Part shown: positions 22,962-35,720 of the stretch, piece after piece | Position numbering within the stretch: the first letter of the stretch is position 1 | Layout of the letters: every line of letters starts with the position of its first letter | Source: Camelus dromedarius | Lineage: Eukaryota | NCBI RefSeq assembly: GCF_036321535.1 | Contig: NC_087437.1 | Span: forward strand, 84,880,001 to 84,944,000 | Reading direction: 5' to 3' | Length of the DNA stretch: 64,000 nucleotides | Notes under the pieces: model-generated | Told to the model about the DNA's origin: nothing | What the model saw: the letters and a program-made list of their open reading frames with translations, nothing else | Databases searched by the model: none | Translations under genes and position numbers: made by a program

Positions 22962-25900
22962 TGCTAGATTGAAAGAAACTACTCTCCTTGCCCCTGGTTA
23001 CTTGCTATGATAGATTCTAGAAGAAAATATTTTAACCTTCCTATTGAAAATTATTTGTATTGAATGACTTGTTGTCTCTGTAAAACTGGAGATAAATACT
23101 TCTATTGAGTTGTTACTATTATAATATAAAATATTCAAGTAGATAATGCTACAATACAACTGGAAGTTTTTAAGGGTTAAAGATTAAATGTTTGAAAATA
23201 ATTTTCTCGAAATAAAGATGGAAGTGTGAATCTTAATATCAAACTGTTATTGTTATATAGGTGCTCTAATTTAACTAAAGGATAACTTAATGTTGAAAAC
23301 GTAAGACAATTATTACATGATCTTATGTCTACACGGAGATAGAGTTTTAATCAGAAAAATCATCAGTCCTTCAAATTAAATGCTTCAAGTACTATTTTCA
23401 ATTAGCAATAACACTCTATAAGTGTCCAGTTAAATCTCAGTTAAATCTTTATTTGAAACAATAAGCATGATGGGATGTACAGTAGGTAAGAAGAAATATT
23501 TACATAGTTTGAAGATTTCTGCTGGAGAAAAGAACTAGCTTTGTGCTCAGATAAGCAAATTTTTTTTTATTAATCTAATTTCTGCTAGGCGTATAAGTTA
23601 TGTTTCCTGCTAATTGGTATATAGTAAACGAAAAGTACAACCAAATGGGTTTCTATATTTGTATTACATATTTATTTACACATATGTATTTATATACATT
23701 TATATGGAGAGTTGTATAGTTATATACATTTTCAATATATTTTAATAGAAACACTTGAACACAAAAAGAAAGCTTATGTTTTTTTGCCACAATTTGACTC
23801 CTCTGTGAACTATGTCAGTTAAAGAATAGCAATTATTTTGCATTAATGCAGTAAAATGGTAAATGAGTGGGTTATACCAGCATGTATTAAAAGAAAGATC
23901 TTTACACATCCTTGTTAAATAAATATACTACTGAAAGGAACATATTATGATTTGGGAAGAAGTGTAGAAGTCAAAGAGCCTAATCTAGTGAATCCTTACA
24001 ATCACCATCTTCATGAATTCTTTTACAGCCCAAAGCAAAATAGTTCACTGAAAAAATATTCTGTAATCCATGAAAAGAATATTAAATGCTAAAAGACAGT
24101 CAAAGAAACCTATCCCTTCATAGTAGTATTTACTTCAGCTTCATTGCTTCATTCTGGTAACGCTGAAAAAAATTACAAAAGAATAAAAAGTATCCATTTA
24201 CATCTTTATTAATCATGGTCTTAGAAGGTGATGTAAAATCCATCCAATATTATTATTTTTATCAATATTATGTCATTGCAAGATTCATATACAGGAAATA
24301 GAGAAATTCAGGCTCTGTGTGTTTTGTGGCTTCATAAGCTACGTAAATCCCATCATAGCTACTTGATGACCCATCATGTATAAATTTTGACAAGTCTTAA
24401 CATTCTCTAAACATTAATTTTTTTTATCTGTGAAAAGATGACATGAGAGTCGAGGATCTTCATGAACCTTTCCAGTTAAGAATTCCCAAGGATGTATATC
24501 TGTCTTAAAATTCATGAGCAGTTTTTTAATGGAGAAAACTGTCACTGTTTAAATGGAGGTATTTTGTAATTCTGTATGAGTTCCTAGACAAAAGCTGAAC
24601 CTAGGTAGCTTTACTTCATTAGCATCTGCCTGATTAGGTCCATGCAATCTTAACCAAATAGGCAAATAGGTGTATCTGCGTGAAGATGTTTCTGGCTATG
24701 ACTCATCTGAAGGTTGACTCATGCCACCCACATGTCTGAGGAGCTTACTAACAATTTAGATAGACAGTTCTGTCTGGTAACATCTAGAAGTGTCATTTTA
24801 TTGTAATTATATTTTTATTAGCATAAACTATGATTCTTTATTTCTGTAGCCCAGAAATAATTGCAATACCTAATGCTTCATTGGTGACTTTCTGCATCAC
24901 CCCTGCTTCTTTATTCCTGACTCTTCTTTTTCTGTGAGTCTAATTTTTTATCTTTTTAAAGGCAATAGAGTGTGCTTAGGAATATGCTTTTGAAATTACA
25001 CTTATATCCTCAGATAACAATTGTAATCAACTCAGCCATGTATCATGATTGATGAGAAAAGAATAAAATCAAGGTTTATGAGTGAAAATTATGAAAATTT
25101 TGAAATTCCAATATTAAAAAGTTAAATATCTACATACTGACTTAGAATAACTTTTCATAGGATTCCTTCCCTAAATATAGGCATTTAAAAGTAACTTAGT
25201 ATGTACAATTTTATTTTCATAACACAAAGTATCTCTTCTGATTTATATTTTATAACTATCTAAAAATATGTATATTATTTCCCATTTCTAAGTAAAAAAT
25301 TACATTGATAAAAATTTTTTAATCTTAAAATAACTCTTTTTCAGGAGGCTTAAACTAATCAAAAGCATTCCAAGAATATTAGACTTTCATATGATTTTAA
25401 TTTAAATATTTTCAAAAGTTTTCAAACTTTTGCCTAGACTATGCTGAGTATTATTCCAATGAGGTCACAATTTTCTTGATTGAAATAATGTCATCTGTGA
25501 TATTTAAAAGGGGGTATGTTTTATTCAGGAGGATATGACTTGCTTTTTCCTATCTTTTGGTGCCCATTATAATCAGACTCACTGGTGCCGCAATTTATAA
25601 AATATTTATAAACCTAAAAAGCAAATTCTAAATGACTACTACATGTCATTCAAAAAAATCGCTTAACTAGTTATTAACCCCAAAAGTGGGATTTGAGATA
25701 AGATAATGACCAAGGAAAAAGATAATATGATTTCTCCAAGCTTTGCTTCATAAAGAAATTTTTACCAGTAAGTTATTTATTGAGTGATAAATAACAGTAC
25801 ATTAAACTGAGAACTTTTTTCATAAAATCTCTTAATAAGGATAGAAATGTATGATTGTTGTAATAGAAAATTTTACATTTTAAATGCTTCATGATTTCAG

Positions 25901-26383
25901 GAAATTATATAAAGTTATGTAAAGAAGATGTGTAAGTTGAGTATTTTATGTTACTATATTTATTTATGCTATATGATTATTATATATTGTATGTATAATA
26001 TTGCTGATATACTGGCACAGATTCTTAAAGATTTAAACCAGTTATTTGATAATAGCCTAAAATAAGACTTGAGTTGATGTTTTACAGTTATTTGTGAAAT
26101 ACTAAGTTTTGTTTTTGTGTTAAAATAAGGCTAACACATAACTATTGATTAATGTGTCTAAAGTAAGTTAGTTTTTTGTGTATGGATAGGAAAAAAATAA
26201 AGAATTCAACAAATGAGAGGTATCAGAAATTTGCCAACACTAGATACCTAGGCAGGAGATCAGTGACTAGAAAGAGTAGCAGTTGGCAAATTCAGGGGGT
26301 GAGCAAGAATGAAGACTTCTAGGAGTTTGGGCCTCATAGTATTAAGGCCCTGAGGAGTACGGCTAAAAACCTATGTATGATTT

Positions 26384-27585
26384 TGTTACAACCCTCGTAC
26401 GTTGGTCCCCAGCAAGGTTCCTTCTGCCCCATGTCATCTGAACCAACAGGAGGCCAAATTCAGTTCAGAAGCAAAGGAAAGCTTATTCTTTGGTCAGAGA
26501 ATGGAGAGGTGCAATTTCACGGCTCTAGAGCACAGGCTCTCCAGCTGCTTTACAGGGATCTCGTCAGCGGGGGGGGGGGGGGGAGGGGGGGCGGAGTTCT
26601 CGCGGGATGTTCTGCTCAGGCTCCAGATCTCACGGGACCAGACGGAGGGACTGCGTAGAAGGCCCGCTGTCTCCATCTTGGAGTGTCCAGTGCAGAGCTT
26701 TTGCGTTCGGCACGGAGCTGAAGTGTTTCGCACAGCTGTTTTGTACGAGGAACTCTGGTCTGACGGGCTGGGTTCCTGGCCTCTGCACACAGCACCCTAT
26801 GAGCCAATGAAACTAGACGGAGTACAAAGGAAAGGAAAAGGTTAGACTTAATTTTATTACACAGTTTCTATTTTTATTTCCCGGGAATTGTTAATGGGCT
26901 TTATTTAGCCGGTGACAAGGTTTCAGGCTCAAACTTGGGCTATGACAAAGCCTTTACCTAGAAAGCTTCGAGGGGAGAGCCGCCCTCCCCCACAGATTTT
27001 GGTGCATAGCCAGTGCATTGCAGTCTCTGAAGGGAGTTGCAGTCAAAGACTCGGGTTCCTCTAGTTGGCCTTGCTTTTGCACATGTCGGCACCCCTAGCT
27101 CAGGAGTATCCATTTTTAGATCTCTTTATAGCAGGAGGGAGATTTTTGCCAGAGTCCTTTTCAAGCACCTCTACCAAGGCTTCCTCTTTAAGGGACAAGG
27201 GAGAACGTTGAAGACACTTCTCCACCCTAACTCCGTACTTAGTTTTCTTCTCCTAATCTCTCCCCACTGCCTTTCCCTGACCCCCACGTCTATGAACCTG
27301 CAGGAGCCTTTTGTTTGGGGCTCCCTCTGCAGTGAGAGGATTCTCCATATTCTGTGTGTGCTGATCTAATTGAACTTAGACTAGAGCCATGCTGTGGAAA
27401 ACACGGAATGAGAGGAATGAGGTTGGCACCATCTTCAGTTTAGCCTGTTGCTTATATTATTATAATCAGTGGTTGAAGCCTTGAGAGTTATTTCCGTTTT
27501 TGTGTGTTGTCTACGCTACTCCAGTTCCCAGCAGCTCAGCTGTCTCCAATGCAGCTGAGCCCTGGACAGGCATCTAGCCAGTACA
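26384..27585 (-). mobile_element. Relatively young, about 1.2 kb solo ERV LTR
   Basis: Sharp GC/CpG-rich block with TG...CA termini (tgttaca...gtaca) and near-TSD attt/tttt. On the - strand: aagatgg motifs and a polyA-like aagaataagctttcc followed by a U5-like end in ...tgtaaca. Confidence 0.75.
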
Positions 27586-28841
27586 TTTTTATTAAAAGTT
27601 ATATGCTGAGTTTGGACATTTTCAAATAAGATGCCTGAGGGAAGACACAAAGCCCTGATTATTGTGTAGTTGTGCTTAAGAAACAGGGAGTTTGATACCA
27701 GAGTGGTATATTAATCAATGAAGGAGATACTGTTAAAAGTCACCTGTGTCAACACAGCACTGATAACATAGTATATGAGAACCACAGGAGAAATTTATTT
27801 TCAAATATTCTGTTATTGTGTAACACCATGAAAAGTAGAGGATAAATTAATTTGGGGGTGAGCATTAATATGTTTAAATATAGATTCATGGTTTTTAAAT
27901 AATGATTCAACTATATTTAACACCTATAAAATATGTTTCTCTCTGCAATATTTTTTGATTAAACACACTTTTATGGGCAATTTTTCCTTTGATTCTTCAA
28001 GCGAATTTTAGAAACTTGTAAGTAAATTGTGTTATGTTCCTCTGAACTGTTTACAAATTAAATTACCTATCTGTCTCATTCCCCGTTTCCTAAACAGAAT
28101 ACAAAACAAAATACACACACACACAAATATAAAATCATAATTGGACTTCTAGACTAGATATTCACAAGTTATTAAGCACCTCCTTTTTCATTTGCTATTC
28201 CCCATATTGTAACAGAATTTTAGATAGAGTCAACTTAAAAACCAGATATGTTGTCATTTTTCCAATCTCTCAGCCTAATGGTATGATGACATAAGAAAAG
28301 GACACAGGAATAGTTGGATAGGGAAAAGGAAGAAACTGATAAATTTTAGAACAGTCAATAAAAATATGTTCTTATTTTCTATTTTTTAAGAGTTTTCAGA
28401 GAAAAGGAAAATAAGAGAGGAGAGCTAGTGAAACATGGCATTCATTGCACCTGTCAATATTAAATTGTAAAAAAACAAATAGGCACTAAGGGAAAATAAG
28501 TCAACACTATTTGCCTTCATTCTCTAGTGTTCACCAGAAATCTGATGGTTGAATAAATGTGTAACTGCATGAGTTATAGGATGAACTAAGATTAATTCAA
28601 TTTACATATTTTTTAGAAAGCAAGTACTGACTTCTTTAACATAGCCATCAAATGTCCTAGGGAATATGTTTCCTGCCTTCCTTTCCATCCTGGTCTCTTA
28701 TGCTCTCCTGCTTGGTCACTATGCTCCAGTCACAGTGGTCATCCTCAGGCCTATACAGCTCTCAGTCTGAATCTCACATGTCATCTGACCCTGCAAGTTC
28801 TATCTTAGTCATATATACAGAAGAATTGTCACATGGGATCA

Positions 28842-29442
28842 GCGGTAGGTAGAATTCTAAGATCACCCCCAAGATTTCTCACCCCCAAGTGTATGTGCTT
28901 GCATAATTCCCAGAACTGTGAATTAGATGGAATTACTTCACAGTGTTACCTTATCTTACTATGTTATTTGGCACAGTTGACCTTAAAATAGGAACATAAT
29001 CCAGGTGGCCTAACTTAATCACAGAGCCCTCTAAAAGGAGAGTTTTCTTCAGGCAAAGAAGAGGAAGTCAGAGAGATTCACTTCAGCTGGCCTGAAAGAA
29101 AGCAAACACATACATTGTGAACTGTTGTTGGAGAGGGTAGCCTCTAGGAGTTAACTCTAGAAGCCTGGTTTACAGCCAGCAAGAAATGGTGGATTTCAAT
29201 CCTAACACCATAAATAAATGAATTCTGCCAACCACCCATGAGAATGAAAAAGAACATGAAACACAGATGAGACCTACAGCCCTGGTCACCATTTTGCCTT
29301 TAGCCTAGTGAGACCCTGAGCAGAGAATCCAGCCTTGCAGTCTCTCGAATTTTGACCTATAGAATCTGCAAGAGAAGTTTTTTGGTTTGTTTTTTTTTTT
29401 TTGCTATAATGCTTGTAATCTGTTATGCAGCATGGGAAATTA
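28842..29442 (+). mobile_element. MaLR LTR, MLT1E/MLT1F-like
   Basis: ggtagaattctaagatcacccccaagatt, cagccagcaagaaa, tgaattctgccaac, gtgagaccctgagcagagaatccagc, gtaatctgttatgcagca. Confidence 0.85.
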
Positions 29443-32400
29443 GGGCGAGATGAGTGAAAAACTTTATCATTGTGTTTAAGGCGATCAATGTGTGTATCAT
29501 TGTGGGGAGGAAAAGCAAAATATAGCTGAGTCCCATGAGAAATCAGGAATATCAGACTACAATTTCACAAAGCAATATGGATCATAAAATAAAGTGCCAA
29601 GTGGAAAAAGAAAAGGATGATATATTCATTTATGTACTATAAAATAAAGTATAATTTATGTGAATTGAGAAGATATGTTTACAAAGCACCAATGCACACT
29701 TTAAATTAAAATACATAAACAAAAGAGGGAACATTAAACCCATTAGAATACCTGCATATAATGAGGAATTTTGGATTTGAGACTTCAAATAAAGGAATAA
29801 ATCGATAAAACAAGAGAGGGGCTCGCAAGGATCAGTAATAACAATGTACCATGAACCGAAAGATTATGATTAATTCAGTTTCCAACACATGACCTGGGGA
29901 AAAGGGAGAGTCAAAAACCAAAAGGCCTACCGATTCTCACCTTCCCTGTGGACTTTTACTCTCACTCATGATGCTCCTCTGACAAACTTCTTTTCGCTCT
30001 TGAAGATCCCCTTTAATGTCACTTTCTCATAGAGGTGTTCCCATATGCTCCACCTGAAACTGCATTCCTTTATGCAAATACTCATTCTATAGCATATTGC
30101 AAGGTTCTTTTCAAAACACAAAACACTTGTAATAACTTTCATTTAATGTGATTGTTTTATACCTCCACTCTTTAGTAAATTCCATGAGGGAAGGACTGCA
30201 TTTCTTTTGCTTAGTACTAAACTTCCTCTGCTTATCAATCTTGGTGCTTGAAAAACATATTTTACATGTTAAGTGATTCAAGGATTGAATTGCTATAGGT
30301 TGGAATGAGTCAAAGTTGTTTCTACTTCCCCCTTCTAGGAGTAAGTGATTTTCACATTCCTGCTGTCCTCTGTCTACTTTTTCCTCAGGAAAACCTTCCT
30401 CTGACTGACAAATCTAAGTTTTGAATCTGAAGATCTAAAGTTAGAGTTGATGAGGACCATTAAACCAGTGACACCCACGTGAAGTTGTATTTTAGCTCCT
30501 TGTCTTTATGATGACAAAGATTTTGGACCTAAAAAGAACTACTTCAGGTAACTATGTTTAAAATTCTCTTAAAATATATTCCCACGATGATATGTTTGTT
30601 TCTAAATCTGCTTTTTTCTTTTGTTTTCTAGTTCTTTGTAATAGTATAATTTTCTCTGCCTGACTAGTTTCCTCATAAGTATTTATATCCTTTCTGTCTG
30701 GACTTTACAAGAGTTCTAACCACTCTGGAAAATGCATTACTTCCAGAAATGATGGTTGAATAACAATATAAACACTGTCTACCATATATGGGTGTTTCTA
30801 TTTAAAAATCTCGGTTATAGTCTATGTTGAAAAAATTACGTATGCTGTTGGTCAGTCCATTATTTATTACGCCAGAAATATTTTCAATAATATCTTTTTT
30901 CTTATCATCCCATTTATAATTGCACAGATGCTTCTTTTTTCCCATAAAATCACTTAAATAATATTTCAGATTAAGCAAAATCAAAGAGATAAAATCTTTA
31001 TTGCCACCTGGCTCCAGGAAAATTGAACATTGATTTTGTCTCCTAATTAGGAACTTGGATACAAATGAATGTTAGCATAAAAGTAATGAGGAAAAAAATA
31101 GATTATTATTTTATTCTAAAAAGTAAATAAGCAGAAATATGATTGAATTTATGACATAGTATACCTCACTTTAAATGCTAGAAAATGAGGAATTTCCTTT
31201 TATAAGATGCTTATCTTTTTACTCAGCAAATCATTGAAAGTAAAATAAAGCAATTCTCAGAATAAAACAAATATGATGCTTTTAGAATATTTTTTATTCT
31301 CTTTTAAAGCATCTTAGAGCACTTTAGGGGTTTCTATATTTCTAGTTCTTTATAAAGATATTTCGAAATGCTTATAAATGCACACTAACAAAGATAAAAA
31401 TTCATTTAAAAAAAATTGAGTGCTTAATGAGGAAAGGAACTATGAATATGTAAGCACTCTGTGCTCTGTGTGAATTAATCTTCCTAACAACCTTCCCCTT
31501 ATAGACATCCTTACTCCATATTATGAATGAGGAAAATGAGGCTCAAAGTATTTCATTTGTTCAAGTTAAGTGGAGCTACAAAGTTTGAAAACCACCTTTG
31601 ACCAAGAATTATGTGCTTCCCTCTTCTGTTGTTCATAACTCAGTCTCCCCTGGAATCATGCATTCAGTCAACAGATGTGTATTGAGTAGCTACTATGTTT
31701 AATAACATACTGTTCTGGTCACCTGAGTGGCACAGGTGGTGGGAGATTCCATTTATAAGCTCACCTTCTCGCTCTTGAAATTGCTGAGAGCTAGGTAATT
31801 CTCCTTTATTAATTATCAAACTCCCTCAGAGTTGATTCCCTCTTCTGGATAAATACAGCCTCCATGTAGCTGTAGTCAGAAATGGATAAACAGGTAAATC
31901 GTATCAGTTTTTCTTTTACTATGTAGATTTTATTCAGTTTTAAATAAATCAGATGATTGTCATCAAAACACTTAATTCTCCCGCACTTGTGGGGCAGATG
32001 TGGATCATTAAACACCTTTATAACTTTATGTCTGTGATAACCACATACTATGTAACAAGCACTCTGTGTTGCTAGAGATGCTAAAATATGCCTCAGAAGG
32101 CAGCTGGGTAAGGGTTTTTAGACAGTAGATTGACAGGGCTTTCTCACTCTCGAATTGCTTTGAAGTTTTAAATGAAATAGAAAAATAAGAAAAGCCAGTT
32201 CACTTTTAATAGCATAATAGTTAAAAGCCTAGCGTACCACCAGATACTATCACCAAAAAGCCTCTGCCTTCTGGTTTTCTATAAATCATCCAAGGGATGC
32301 ATCTTTTTAGTCAGTATACAGCACAAAATAAGTGCAGACCAATTATCTGATTTTAAAAATGACCCTAGGTCTATCATCTTGTGTATTTGTTTAAGCTGTG

Positions 32401-33666
32401 AGTCTCATTCACGTATGAAAAATAAATTATCCACCTGGAAATTTAATAGAAAATCTTTGTACTATAAACTCAAAACCAGGTTTATAGAAAGTATATATTT
32501 AGTTTAGAATCTTATTTAAATAAAAAGCAAATCCAGACTGATTTCACCAAATTATGTTTTGAACCATTTGCTTATTTCATTTTTAGTCAGTTAACTATAA
32601 GGAACCACATTGCAAATGAAGATACACAACTTACTTTCTAGGTATAAAGTAATTACATTTTTTTTGCATACCTCAATGATGTTTTTCTATAGTATTATTA
32701 ATTTGATTGAGAATTTCCTTTAACACATTACAGTTCCACAACCAAATAAACCTATAGCAACATAACAGAACAGCATAACAATGGCAAAATATTACACAAG
32801 TGAGAAATAAAATGAGTTTTATTATTATTATGGCAACCACTTTCATACTATTAAAATGTTCAGCCATATTTAGAAAATCAGGCTTCTATGACTTTCCCAA
32901 CATCTCTCTTCCTGTTGGAATTGATGAGATGCATGTGAAATTCTCCAGATGAGCTACTGATGAAAGGCAAGGAAGAAATTTATAAATGCAGGACTTGACC
33001 TGGTCTTCAGTAACCAATTAAATCCATAGCAATTAAATTTGATACGAGTTTGTGTTCCCTCAGTTTACAACTAACCAAAAGCTTGTATATAAGCCTTCAG
33101 TGCCTTTACTCATATTTATAAAAACAATGTCTTTGACCTTATATTGATTTGTTACTATTTTTGAGGTTATTATTTCATTTTTCAAAACATTTAAATTATT
33201 GCCTCAATGTAGACATGTGTACATAATTGTATACATTTCTATACTAAATTTAGTTTGAGACATGCCTCAGGCAAACCTCTATGTCTCTGAACATTCCAGA
33301 TCTCTTAGACTTTATTGATCCATGTTACTGAATATATATTTTTAACATAACTTCAGCTGTATTCCCCTTATGCTTCTTTTTCTTTTAATCCTAAATTTTG
33401 GTTTCACAGGTACACAAGTACCCATTTACATCATCATTAATTACATCATAACTCTTAGTATTTTTCTTAGAAACAAACAGTAATCACTGTTTATGAACTA
33501 TTCTCTAAGAATAAAAACAAAAAGTGAAGCATAGTGACAATCTTTTTAAGCAATCCCTGATGATTATTAAACATCGAATTAATTTTATTTGATGACTGTG
33601 ATGACTATGGTGATGACAGTGGTTGTAGTAGTAGTACTAATAGTAGTAGTTTGGTAATTTAGTGTA

Positions 33667-33785
33667 GAAAAGGAAAGGAAAGAAAAGAAAAGAAAGATAA
33701 ATGTAGGAGAATAACAGAAGAAAGAAAGGAGGATAAGGGAAAGGGAAAAGGCAGAAGAAAAAGAAAAAGGAATGAAAAACAATAT
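33667..33785. repeat. Purine-rich low-complexity tract, (GAAAA)n-like
   Basis: gaaaaggaaaggaaagaaaagaaaagaaag...gggaaagggaaaaggcagaagaaaaagaaaaagg. Confidence 0.85.
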
Positions 33786-34099
33786 AAATAATGAAGTAGT
33801 AGCCATGAATGCCAATTATTAATTATTAAAAATAGTATGTATGTATTTATTTGAAATCTGTTGCCACTGAAATGATTAAATGCATATGCATAGTCATTCA
33901 TTCAATTCAAATCAGGAAAAATGCTCATGTTGTATCAGTATGCTTTCCCAGTTGATTAAATTTTATGTTGGATTTAATTGAATATTTTTAAAATAGTTAA
34001 TGTGTCTTACTGACTATTACTTTTTTTAGTACATTAGACCTGTGATTCTAGTCGTCCATTCCAGTGCACCACATTTAACAAGAAATATGTTGGGGATTT

Positions 34100-34500
34100 T
34101 TAACTTCACAGTGTGAGGACACTGTGCTCTGCCCATGTCTACCAGGATTTCTTGTACCATTTCTGGGTCCTCCTCTGTGCTTTTACCTCCAAGGGTCTCA
34201 CCTACTATTCCTATTAGGAAGATTGCCATTTTTCTACCAGAACAACAGAAAAATGGAAGAATTTGGAGTTAAGTTCTCCTAGAGTCTGACTCTTCTGTGT
34301 GAAGGTGGAGAAACTTTGAGGCAGAACATTCCAGAGCCCCCCTGCTGGAGTGCCCCACTCCTGTCACTGCACTGCCTCCTTCCCTTTAAAGTCCTCCTTC
34401 TCATACCCTTACTGCTGCTTCTCAGAAGCATTTTCTTAGCAAATCACCTGTGCACAAATCTTTGTGTCCTGTCTGCTTCTAGGGAACCTGACCTAAAACA
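34100..34500 (+). mobile_element. ERVL LTR, LTR33/LTR16-like
   Basis: Diagnostic 3' end aaatcacctgtgcacaaatctttgtgtcctgtctgcttctagggaacctgacctaaaaca; 5' boundary uncertain. Confidence 0.7.
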
Positions 34501-35299
34501 ACTCTAAAACAAATAAGTGAATGGAGAAATTGAATTTTGGATTTTTTGTGTGAGTGTGTGAAAATCAAAAAAATCTTTAAATGAATCATTGAGAACAGAA
34601 AGTACTTAAAATGAATACAAGTAAAAGCCCATATAGACTTAATTTTTCCTGCTAGTACTGGCCTGGGTGTTTGGAGCTGAAGGTGTTTGTTTCAGTGGCT
34701 CAGGGATAGAGAGGAGGTTGTTAGTTTTTATTATTACCATAAAATACAAACACTGAAAATTATAGAAACATCACAGTTGGAAATTGAAAGTAATGAAAAA
34801 GTTGGTGGTAATTATAATATTATAAGGCAACATTTTAATTACTGTTATACAAAGACAAAATAAATCAATCATCTTAAAGAGAGTTGTGTGCAATGTGTAT
34901 GTGTGTATAATAGAAATGACTAGATCTGTGTTCACACCATTCAATGTGCCATAACTTTTACATATAACTTTACAGTACATATTTTGATAGAAAAAAATGA
35001 AAGTGAACTTGCCTGTATATGGAGATATAAGTATTATTTTTGTCTTCTCAATTTCCAGTTGTAAAGTTTTAATATTTTTGGCAGACATATTCAAAAATAT
35101 TATTAATATTTACATTTGGCACAGTCTATAAAAAATAATTATTTGGACATGGTACATGATCTGTATTCTTTACTAGGAAACTTGGTGTCATATGTTTCAC
35201 ACAAATTAGCTTTTAGCCAAGAGTGACAAATGCATAGGATCCTAATTCTTATTAAGGAAAGGGAAAAAGCAGAAGATTTTAGGAATTTAGAAAGACAGT

Positions 35300-35720
35300 G
35301 AAATAAAGAATTGTTTGTCCTATGTAATAAGGAAGTCCAGGGGTAAATCTGGCTTCAGACACAGCTGGACTCAATATATAATATCAGGACAATATTCTTT
35401 TATATCCCTTAGGTCTGCTCCCCCTATCCCCATTCCCACAATGTTGACCTGATTCTCAGGTGGGCTGTTTCTATTCAGTAGTAAAAATAGTGACAAGCAG
35501 TACCAAACTCTATCAGATAAGCAACTCTGTAGAAAGTCTGTGACTTTATCCCACAGGCTCAGCATAAACCCACGCATGATTTTATCAACTTAGGAGATCA
35601 CATAGAGATATAATCACTATTCTGTAAAGGGGATGCAGGTAACCTGACCTAACCTGAACCACATACGCTAGGAGATGGAGAAGCTGTACAATCAGGTGAA
35701 GGGGCAATGGGTAGCATGTA
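35300..35720 (-). mobile_element. Old MaLR LTR, MLT1J/K-like
   Basis: atgtaataaggaagtccaggggtaaatctggcttcagacacagctggactca...tgttgacctgattctcagg. Confidence 0.6.

Noticed and set aside
26377..27369. Cluster of longer ORFs (up to 147 aa, poly-Gly/poly-Pro)
   Set aside because: They overlap on both strands inside a GC-rich LTR. The homopolymer peptides come from the G tract and there are no recognisable domains.
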